Source: Podospora anserina
Taxonomy: Eukaryota
Direction: 5' to 3'
Length of the DNA: 64,000 bases
Assembly (NCBI GenBank): GCA_017654855.1
Contig: CM030332.1
Span: 1,860,001 to 1,924,000 of the forward strand
Shown in pieces: positions 24,999 through 34,680 of this stretch (position 1 is its first letter; each line of letters starts with the position of its first letter). Below the pieces are notes generated by a model that was not told the DNA's origin, did no database searches, and saw only the letters and a program-made list of their open reading frames with translations. The position numbers and the translations under genes are program-made.

Positions 24999-26285
24999 AT
25001 GAAAAGTTTGGCACCCCAATTCACCGAATTCTTCCGCTTTGAGCTACTTCGGATTCTCGGAACGGCACCCTTCCACGGCTGCGACGTAAGCGAGTGGGCA
25101 GAGGCGACGGAGTCAATCAAGCAAGATGACCCGGAAAGCTGGTATGGAGCGTGGACGCAGGCAGCAGAGAGAGTCGAAGTAATGGCGGAGGAAGCCATGA
25201 AGAACGGTGATCATCATGGGGCAAGATGGGCATTCCTGCGGGCGTGCAACTACCGACGAGCCAGCGAGTTCATGTTGCATGTGCAACCCAGCGATCCCCG
25301 ACTCCTCGCATCCTTGGTCAAGGCTTCCGACAATTTTCGACAGGCCAGCAAGTTACTGAATAGCCCTGTTGAAACATTGGAGATTCCTTTCGGCAATGGC
25401 TCGACGCTGCCGGGGTATCTGTTCCTGCCAGCGGGAGGCACAAGGGCGGGTCACCGTCAGGAAAAGATGCCAATCCTGGTGGCAACCGGCGGTTTTGATT
25501 CAATTCAGGAAGAGCTCTTCTTCGGCATGGCTGACGGTGCTCGTGTACGGGGCTATGCTTGCGTCACTTTTGAAGGGCCGGGACAAGGAGTTGTGGCACG
25601 ACGTGGTACTGACCGGCTCCTGCTGCGCCCCGACTGGGAGGTTGTAATCAAAGCCGTTCTCGATCACATCTTCCAAGTAGCCGTTGCCAAGCCGCACCTC
25701 AACCTGGATCTGTCCCGCATCGCGTTGGTTGGCGCGTCGATGGGTGGGTATTTTGCTCTCAGGGGTGCAACCGACCCCCGCGTGTCCGCTGTCGTTTCGG
25801 TGGATGGGTTTTACGACCTCGGGGAGATGATGGCGTCCCGTACTCCTCGTTTCCTATGGCCTGAGAGCCTCGGTGACGGAATCTTCAACTGGCTTCTCGG
25901 GTCAGCACAAAGGTGGCATTTTCAGACACGTTGGGAGTTCCAACATGCCATGCTTGCAACGGGCGCTACTACACCAGCCGAAGTGTACCGGCAGTTGGCT
26001 CGCTATCATCTGCGCGGGCCTGAAGGGGGTCCGAGTGTCCTCGATCGGATCAAGTGCCCGGCCCTGATTACCGGTTCGAGGGACACGCTGTATTGGTCGT
26101 TGGAGGAGAGCACGTACAGGATCGTGCGGGAGCTGACGAGCCTCGAGGAGGGGAAGGACAAGAAGGTGTGGATTCCAACGGGTTGGGGACAGGGCTCGCT
26201 GCAGGCCAAAGTCGGAGCCTTTTCCCACTTTCATCACAACATGTTTTCGTGGTTGGACGACGTGTTCGGGATTGGCGCTGAGTAG
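24999..26285 (+). CDS. Alpha/beta-hydrolase of the type found beside reductive-release PKS-NRPSs (PsoB/Fus2/CcsE-like)
   Basis: FELLRILG..GCDVSE, RACNYRRASEF, LPGYLFLP, GGFDSIQEE, FEGPGQG, RPDWE, nucleophile elbow GASMGG, C-terminal GQGSLQAKVGA. Intronless. Confidence 0.88.
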   Translation: MKSLAPQFTEFFRFELLRILGTAPFHGCDVSEWAEATESIKQDDPESWYGAWTQAAERVEVMAEEAMKNGDHHGARWAFLRACNYRRASEFMLHVQPSDPRLLASLVKASDNFRQASKLLNSPVETLEIPFGNGSTLPGYLFLPAGGTRAGHRQEKMPILVATGGFDSIQEELFFGMADGARVRGYACVTFEGPGQGVVARRGTDRLLLRPDWEVVIKAVLDHIFQVAVAKPHLNLDLSRIALVGASMGGYFALRGATDPRVSAVVSVDGFYDLGEMMASRTPRFLWPESLGDGIFNWLLGSAQRWHFQTRWEFQHAMLATGATTPAEVYRQLARYHLRGPEGGPSVLDRIKCPALITGSRDTLYWSLEESTYRIVRELTSLEEGKDKKVWIPTGWGQGSLQAKVGAFSHFHHNMFSWLDDVFGIGAE

Positions 26286-26904
26286 CAGTCGTCGGAGCCC
26301 GAGGGTATCATGGAAGGATCTGAATGGAGTGGAGTTTGTCTTGGTTTCGTCTTAGAAGCGATGGTTTAACCATCATGGCACCATGGTTGAACAACGAGCG
26401 AGAGCGAAAACGAAGGCGACGGTGACAGCTAGGGTCAGACTCCGGGACAGGAGATGAAGGCACCAAAGAGGAAAGTGACATTGGTAGCTCGTAAGGCTGT
26501 TAGCGTTAGATTCCGCCAAGTGGTGGCGTCCGGGGATGTACGTCGCGCTGTTGCGCTGCCCGTTTGACAGTGCCGCAGCAGGTAATATACTTTTGTGGAC
26601 CTCTCTATGCCGCCCACATGGAAAGCCTTCTTTCTCGTCAGTTGGGCGGTAATTGTTTCAATGATACCTGGAAGTTATCTGATGCTGCCATAGCTGCATC
26701 GATTGGAATATGGCTGGAAATCAGCACAACCAGGGAGTGCAAAGGCTTAGGGGTAGCCGTACTGGACTTTTTCCAGCCTGGTCTTGTCACCAGGCATCCC
26801 ACCTTCGTTCTCTCCTCAAAGGCGCTTTCTCCTGCCAGAGCCGTTGACTTCCAGGTTTGTGCACCTGAACACCTGGGTTCTCTGCTCCACCCATCCTGCC
26901 CGCC

Positions 26905-28797
26905 ATGGACGCCACGACAGAGTGCAAAACGCAAAGTCATGATCCAACTATCGAGCCAGTCCCAACGGACGGGCAAACGGGAGGTCGATATGGCTGGCGC
27001 TTCAGTGTAAGTTTCCATGTTCTCGCGGTTTAGACCTACCTGGTACAGTTTGCTGACTCTCGTTGGCGCACTCAGGCAATTCTCGTCGCCCTATCTCTGA
27101 CTTCGATCCTCGCCGGCCTCGAAATCGGATGCATCGCCACTGCTATGCCCACGATTGTCAAGGCTCTTGGCACTGGAGATGAAAGTGAGACTATCTACGT
27201 CTGGGTTGCCAATGCCTACTTCCTCACCATGACGGCTTTCCAGGTGTGTTTCTTGCCCCTCCATTTTGTGCCAGCCGGCGGGACTGGCAACACGGACGAC
27301 AAAAGAATGACGCTGACTTGCTTTCTCGCATTGATATAGCCTCTCTACGGTCAGGCTGCCAATATCTTTGGCCGGAGAACCATGACAGTGCTAGCCGTTG
27401 TATTCTTCGCCATCGGATCTGCGATCTCTGGCGCTGCTAGCAGCATGCCCATGCTCGTAGCCGGGAGAGCTATTATGGGCGTTGGTGGTGGCGGCATTCT
27501 CGTCATGATCGAGATCATCATCTGCGATCTCTGCCCCCAGCGCGACAGGCCCAAATATCTGGGAATAGTGATGAGCATCTTTGGTCTGGCCATGTGCGTT
27601 GGTCCACTGATCGGCGGTGGTCTGGCAGAGCATGCGAGCTGGAGATGGATCTTCTATCTCAACCTTCCCGTTGCTGCTGTCTCCCTGGTCCCACTGTTGC
27701 TTTTTCTGCGCGTCAAATACAAGAGGGACGCGATTGGAAAGATGCTCGCGCGGGTAGACTGGGGAGGAAATACTCTTTTCGCAGCAGCTGTCACGTCCAT
27801 TCTAGTGGCGCTTACCTGGGGAGGGACAGAACACGCTTGGTCGGCATGGCAGACACTTGTTCCGCTATTCCTCGGAATTGCAGGTCTAGGTCTCTTTCTC
27901 TGGCTTGAGTCAACAACACTCATTGAGCAACCAACAATGCCTCTCCGACTCTTCGCCAACCGCACCTCTTCGGGAGCATTCGGTCTTACCTTTGTCGCTT
28001 CCATCCTGACCTATTGGATGGCGTACTGGCTACCTATCTACTTTCAAGCTGTCAAAGAAGATTCCCCAACACAGTCTGGAATCTCTACGTTACCTGTGTC
28101 GATGATCATGATCCCCTTCTCGATTCTTGCAGGTGGCGGCGTGACAGTACTCGGAAAGTTCCGCCCATTCCAATTCGCAGGCATCTCTTTGATGACCATA
28201 GCCATGGGCCTGTTCTCTCTTCTGGACATCGAATCGTCAAAGGGACATTGGGTCGGCTTCCAGGTTGTTGCTGCTGCCGGCGGCGGCTTGCTGCTAACCT
28301 GCACACTCCCTGCCGTCCAAGCACCACTTCCTGAAGCTGATGTTGCCATTGCCACAGCAACTTGGGGGTTCTTGCGAAGCTTCGGTGGCATCTGGGGCAT
28401 CGCCATCCCAACTGCCATTTTCAATTCGCATGTAAACACCTTGCTCGACCAAGGCCGAGTGAGCGAAGAGGCTGTTGTCAACGCCTTGCGAAATGGCGGC
28501 GCATATGCCTTGGCTTCGGTGGGTTTCATCCAGTCTATTCCACCCGATATCAAACAGCAGGTCAAGACGGTCTACGTAGAAAGCTTGCGGCTCGTGTGGC
28601 AAGTTGCTATCGGATTCGGCATCCTTGGCTTTCTTATCACAATCATTATCAAGGAGGTCAAGCTACGGGAGGATCTTGAGACTGATTTTGGACTCGTCGA
28701 GGGAGCCAATAACAGTTCCAGCTCAGAGGTGGCTGCAGAAAGCGGGAGAGGCGTTGTGGAGAGTAAGGCCGAAAAGTCCGTGACCGGCACAGCATAA
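26905..28797 (+). CDS. MFS drug:H+ antiporter (DHA2, 14-TM) efflux pump
   Basis: QPLYGQAANIFGRR, GRAIMGVGGGG, GPLIGG, WRWIFYLNLP, FLRSFGG. Introns 27007-27075 and 27244-27339 give a continuous frame from ATG 26905. Confidence 0.93.
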
Positions 28798-29251
28798 TAG
28801 ACGGTGGCCTGTGCCGGATGGATCTGGTGAATCGGTTTCCGAAAGGTTACTTGTGTTGGTTCGGTGTTGGAGAGGACTCCGTTCCGTGGGGCCGGATGGA
28901 GGTTTGTATGCGGCGCAGCTTTCACCCGTGTATAATTGTAACGCAACTTTTGCCTTGTTACCTATGCTTTCTTGGATCAGCCAACCTCTATACACACTGA
29001 AAACGACCTGCCTGTTTGGTCTATCCCAGCGGCGGGAATGGCTGACAATTAGGTACACATCGCTCTGGGTACGTTGAAACGCAGCGGCGTGGCACTGAAT
29101 TAGCAGCACCGCAAAGGATGCACGGGCACGGCGCATACGGTCACACTGGTTGGATAAAGCCCCGAGGCGGCAAACGCCAAAGGTCGACTGCTTCGAGTCA
29201 ACTCACCCTCATTCTTGCTGTATCACTTATCCCTCCCGAAAGCTCAACAAC

Positions 29252-29755
29252 ATGGCCGACCAAGCTGCCGCACCGCCTCAGCCGCCTACTCAGCTCATCA
29301 AGTTCAGTGTTTACCTCTACAAGAAAGAGGATATTGACTACGATGAGTTTCTCAACTGGGTGACCAAGGAGTACCCCTCCAAGGCAGCCCCCATCATGAA
29401 AAGACACGGTATTGTGCAATGGACACAGGTCAGCGTCCTTGACAAAGACAAACATCTGAGAATCTCCGGCTTACACCCTACAAAACAGACCGTGACCCCT
29501 CCGCATTTCCGGACCCCCTTCCGCGCTGCTCTTCAGCACATGGGAAGGGACAAGTGGACGGTCCCCGACTACGATGTGGTCATGTCGTATTGGATCCCCA
29601 CCCCCGATACCATGCAGGCTCTGACCCAAGACCCTGAGTGGATCGAACTGGAGACCAAGGAAGCAATGCCGCGGGCTAACATGACAGTTGGTCACTTTGA
29701 GATAGGGCATGAGATCGTCCAGTTCGGTGAAGTACGGTCTCAGGGAACTGCTTAG
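29252..29755 (+). CDS. EthD-like (dimeric alpha+beta barrel) protein, about 147 aa
   Basis: KFSVYLYKKEDIDYDEFLNW..HGIVQWTQ..DYDVVMSYW..ALTQDPEW..IGHE matches the fungal EthD/AurZ/TpcK pattern. Probable in-frame 60-nt intron 29429-29488 (GTCAGC..CAG). Confidence 0.75.
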   Translation: MADQAAAPPQPPTQLIKFSVYLYKKEDIDYDEFLNWVTKEYPSKAAPIMKRHGIVQWTQVSVLDKDKHLRISGLHPTKQTVTPPHFRTPFRAALQHMGRDKWTVPDYDVVMSYWIPTPDTMQALTQDPEWIELETKEAMPRANMTVGHFEIGHEIVQFGEVRSQGTA

Positions 29756-30875
29756 ATCAAATAGATGTATACCTGTAAAATACCAGGGTGTATCTAGCTC
29801 AAGAAGAACTGAATCGAAAATGAGGCCGCTTTCTCCAGTTTGGTATCACGTCATACTCAGACTCTCAGCAGTTACCTACCAACATCTAGAAAGAAATATG
29901 ACTGAAGTGGACCCACAGCAATCCTTCAATGTCACAGTTTGATTCTGGGCAACATTTGCACCCGCACCAATCTCATCCCACATGGCAACAAGTTTTCGAG
30001 TTGTTGACTTTGCTGCCTTGAGCCTTAAAGATGGGGTATTCGTATTTCCCTCGGTCTCAGCTTTCTTCAAGACATCCCGGTCGTTTACACCCCCTTCAGG
30101 TAGGTGTCATTATATATGCGCCTGTGCCATAACGGTGCGTATCTAGCTGACTTCGCCTCACACGGGTGTCTATCGCAAACAGTTACCGCCCGGCTATAGA
30201 CAAGTTCCAAACACTACCACGTTAAATCCGAGTTTCTCGGCAGCTGAACAAAACGGGTGGTTCTCCCGTGTCGGGTTGCGGTGAAATAGATTGCGATGGG
30301 ACCCTTCTGTTATAAGCCGTAGTGTTACTCACACATCCCTACAGGTTGCTTCGCCACGAGTTCTGGGCGTAAGGCACAGCATTTGGTAATTGCTTACTGC
30401 TATTATTCCCCTCTCAGATTCTTGGCCATAATGGCTTGAACGATACTTAGGTACCTCGAAATAGCACACACTTTAATCGGCAGGTTTATGCTTTCCAGAA
30501 GGGAACTTTTCTGCGGCAATGTAGGTGGGTGGTCAAGTAGGCAGTATGAGACTGAGGAAGAGGCACAGCACTCAAGTCACAGAAGTGTGTGAGGCGAGTT
30601 CGAGGGATGGAATGAACTGCAGATTTCGAACCATGATCAGTATCATGGTAGTTGGATTTGTACTGCATACCCAGCCCCCACACAGATCTGTTAATGTATA
30701 ATGTGGCTTGCTTACCCTTGAATTCCTCCGATTGTCTACCGCAACAGCCCTACCTCCCACGTGGATTTCTGGCAGACCTCAACCCTCACTATTCTCCTGG
30801 TCATTGGTACTCTTCCGTTCACTTGCACTGGTCAATCACCCCGTCGCCCACCGGTGACGCTCGTACTCCTTGACC

Positions 30876-32514
30876 ATGCACATCGTCAAAGCGTTCGCGA
30901 CCGGCCTCCTCCTTCTCGCCAACCATGCCGGCGTCCTCGCTCAGGACCCGGGTGCCGGCGCACCCGATAACTCCAATCCCCTAGCCATCTACCCACCATG
31001 TGCTGTGAGTCCCGTCTTCCCCATGCTACTATTCACAAAACTAACTTGCACATCAAGCAAAACTGCATCATCACCGCTTTCACAAACCACACCTTCTGCT
31101 CCTCCCCCCTAGACCAAGAATGCACCTGCACCTCCCCCGACTTCAACGGCTTCATGCACGAGTGCATCTTGGCCACCTGCACCATCCGCGAAGCCCTCTT
31201 CACCCACAACATCTCCTCCACCACCTGCCAAGTCCCCGTCTTTGACCGCTCCCCGGAAATCATCCGTGAGACCGCTGCCATGCTCATCACCATTTGCCTC
31301 CTCGTCGCCGCAAGAATAGGTTACAAGATCTACTACGCCGAAGGGGACAGGTTCATGTTTTCCCGGCCAAAGGCGCATACCACTTCCCAGAACGGGCTCT
31401 GGTGGGACGACTACGCGCTGGTTTTCCTGCTCCTGTGCGGTGGGATACCAGCCATGGTGTTGACCATCTTCTTTTTGGCGCCGAATGGCCTGGGGAAGGA
31501 TATGTGGGCTGTCCCGTTTGAGGACATTGACAAGCTTTTCAAATTCAGCTTTGTTTCCGGGGTGTTGTATCTACCTCAGGTGGCGGCCTTGAAGCTGACG
31601 TTTTTGTTCTTTTACCTGAGGATCTTCCCCTCGCCGGGGACCAGGAGGGTGATTTGGGGGACGATTGTCTTTACCAGCTTGTACGGGTTGACGTTTTTCC
31701 TTTTGGCCATCTTCCAGTGCTCGCCGATTGAGGATTGGTACAAGTGGGATGGCACCGGGACGGGGAAGTGTCTGAACAAGGATGCCATACAGTGGAGCTG
31801 CGCGATTATCAGTATTGTGCTGGATGTGTGGATGATTGGGATTCCGCTTTGGAGCATGAGGATTGTGAAGCTGCATTGGAAGAAGAAGGTCGGGGTGGGG
31901 GCTATGTTTGCTGTTGGTTTATTGTACGTTTTCCTACGTTGCCCATCCCGGCTTCAAACCATAATCAAAGAGTGCCTGACTGACCTTTCAACAGGGTAAC
32001 CATCGTCTGCTGCATCCGACTGCGGTACATCGCCGACATCACCAGCTCGCAAAACCCAACCCAAGATCTCTTCAACATCATCCGGTGGTCCACGATCGAA
32101 GGCTTCACCAGCTCGGTCTGCGCCTGCATGCCCTTCATCAGACAAGTCCTGGTGCGCATCTTCCCCAAGGCGATGCGCACAGGAACAACAAAGAAGTCGA
32201 CCTACGCCTACAATGTGCACAGCTTTGGAAACACCCTCAAGGGCCACGGTGTCTCTGTCAACTCCGACATGACAGTCACTGTTAACGACCCAGGGTTAAA
32301 CGGAAAGGTCTACCACAAAGACTTTCCATATCCCTACAACGTGCCACACTCGGAATCCACAGCCGCGTTGGCTGAGCGTGAAGGGGCAAACAGAGATGGG
32401 CAAGCCCAATATCAGGGGAGCGATGGGACGTCCGTGATCATTGTTCAGGGGAACACTCCGCCGCCATCAGGAGACATTCCTTTGACAAATGTTCACCGGC
32501 CTCAAAGATATTAA
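30876..32514 (+). CDS. CFEM-domain PTH11-like integral membrane receptor
   Basis: Signal peptide; CFEM 8-Cys pattern PPCAQNCI..FCSSPLDQECTC..ECILATC..TTC; TM region LWWDD, GLGKDMW, KLTFLFFYLRIF, FQCSPI, WSTIEGFTSSVCACMP. Introns 31005-31057 and 31924-31994. Confidence 0.92.
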
Positions 32515-33255
32515 TGATTTATGTTAAGTGTATAATTAGTTTCTAACAAAGACCGAAGATGTTTTCTTTTCTTCAGTTCGTTATCTTCAGGACGAGGTAT
32601 GCCTTGTGCTCAGGGGTTCAAGGGCTCAATATTACCATAGTTACTGAAACCTCAAACAATTTGAACCACCAGAAAGTATGAAATTCTTTAGCAGCAAGAT
32701 TTGTTTAGTATTTTTTTCCATCGGGGCGGACAGTAAACTGATCCATGGCATAGTGGCGGGAGGCTGTTTCATAATTCAGGGGCTAGCCCTAACCCTTAGC
32801 TGCATACTATGTGTCAAACCCATATTCTACCAGCCTTTCTCACATTGTATATAGAAAGCTCAACAATGGCTATACTATCTTCACTTCCCCTCCTCAATAC
32901 ATGTCAATTATCTTCACCATCACAACATCAAACCAGCCTTCTTCTCAATGACCTTCTCATCTGTTCAAACATTGGATTCCCCGCACATCTTGGCTGCAGT
33001 TCCATCCTCCCCACATTGCGAGCGGCCGGGGTGGGCGCCTCTGCCCCTGCCGTGGCGAATTACAGCACGAAGCTGAAATCCGAAACAATGGAGCGGCGCA
33101 GTCAACAGAGCTGAATGGGTTCGTTTCTTGTTGCTCTCGTGGAATTCCCGCATTTCGCTTCTTCATGTCTATCTGAAGCAAGTTGCTTGCTGTCTGTGTC
33201 AGCGATCGCCAACCTTCCCCACATCTCCAACTCGCACTAGCTAACACCAATAACG

Positions 33256-34680
33256 ATGCCCAGTAAAGGGGTCCAAGTCTTCACTTACATCGGTGTACCC
33301 GATATCTCCATTGAGCTCTCGGTCCCCAAGCAAACCATCACCCGACGAGACCAAGGCTTCTGGAGTGGCACCCTCGAAGTCGAAGCCCGCAACATCGATA
33401 GTTTCTTCAACAAAAAAGGTCGCTTCACCTTCAAAGTCTTCCACCGCGGCAACCAAATCACAGAACAATGGATCGACGTCAACGCCCTAACCGGCAACGC
33501 CAGCGGCGGCACAATGGAATCCATAGCCGAAACACCCTCCATCTTCCACGACAACTTCATCATCTCCTACGGCCTCTACGAAGCCGGGCCCGGTCATGAA
33601 CCCCTTCCCAACCAACACCAATGCTACGTGACCGTGACCCAAAACTACACCAACTGGATCACCAACCTCGCCCCCCCAGGCTCAGATTTTGAAAAGAAAC
33701 CATTCCACCGCCTCGTCCTCCCCTCCGCTCACGACGTGGGCATGAACAGCATGGAATCCAGCGCCGCCCTCCTCCGCAAAGTAGGCGGCGCCGTCGTCTC
33801 AACAATGCTCACCCGCACCGACGACAAGGTCTGCCGGGTGGTCGACAAGCTCTCGGGGTACCCCATCGAGCTCATAGCCCCCAACATCATCTACAGCCTC
33901 TCCATCACGCAAAAAGACTCGTTGGAATCCATGCTCCGGATCGGAGCGCGGTACTTTGAGTTTCGTCCCGCCAGACTCCACAGCAGCATCCGTGGCCGGG
34001 ACGCGTTGCCGGACAAGCTGTATTTTATGCACAGCGCCATCCCAGGTATGGGGTATGACACCTTCCTGGAAGGCATCGTCAAGTTCCTCCGTGCCAACAA
34101 GAATGAAATAATTGTGGTGCAACTCCGGTGGGATGGCGTCCCGTTTGACTGTGCCCATCCTTCCAGCGAGGAGAAGAAGCAGTATCTTGAGAAAGCGATC
34201 CGTGATCATGCCGGGGGTGAGATCAACGTGGGCAATCTGGATGACATGAAACACAGGACTATTTCTGAGTTGAGGAGGGATAAGAAGAGGTTGCTTATGC
34301 TTGATAGTGTGGATACTTTGTCGACTTATACTGATGATGGAAATGCCACGATCAACGGGCAGAGTATTGTGGATGCTTTCCCGCGGGTGTTGGAGGATAG
34401 GGGGGCGCAGAGGAGGGCTGGGTTTGTGTTGATCCAGTGTCAGGCTACGGCGACTAATATCCAGAAGGCGCTGTTGCATTCGATAAAGGATGCGGGGGTG
34501 ACGACGAGTGTGTTGTTGGCGACGAAGGGGTTGTGCGATCATAAGACGCTGCCGTGGTGTAGGGATAATGTGGTGGATCGGTGTGAGCTGGGGAAGACGG
34601 TGGTGTTGATGAATGATTGGCTTGATGGGGCGACGGTGGATGTGGCGGTTGGGCTGAGTAGGAGGAGGTTGGCAAAATGA
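33256..34680 (+). CDS. PLC-like phosphodiesterase (PI-PLC X-domain TIM-barrel) family protein
   Basis: 474-aa intronless ORF with LVLPSAHDVGMN, ITQKDSL..LRIGARYFEFRP, FMHSAIPG, EIIVVQLRWDG. Confidence 0.8.
   Translation: MPSKGVQVFTYIGVPDISIELSVPKQTITRRDQGFWSGTLEVEARNIDSFFNKKGRFTFKVFHRGNQITEQWIDVNALTGNASGGTMESIAETPSIFHDNFIISYGLYEAGPGHEPLPNQHQCYVTVTQNYTNWITNLAPPGSDFEKKPFHRLVLPSAHDVGMNSMESSAALLRKVGGAVVSTMLTRTDDKVCRVVDKLSGYPIELIAPNIIYSLSITQKDSLESMLRIGARYFEFRPARLHSSIRGRDALPDKLYFMHSAIPGMGYDTFLEGIVKFLRANKNEIIVVQLRWDGVPFDCAHPSSEEKKQYLEKAIRDHAGGEINVGNLDDMKHRTISELRRDKKRLLMLDSVDTLSTYTDDGNATINGQSIVDAFPRVLEDRGAQRRAGFVLIQCQATATNIQKALLHSIKDAGVTTSVLLATKGLCDHKTLPWCRDNVVDRCELGKTVVLMNDWLDGATVDVAVGLSRRRLAK

Noticed and set aside
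32787-32800. CCCTAACCCTTAG telomere-like motif
   Set aside because: Fewer than two perfect units, as expected by chance.
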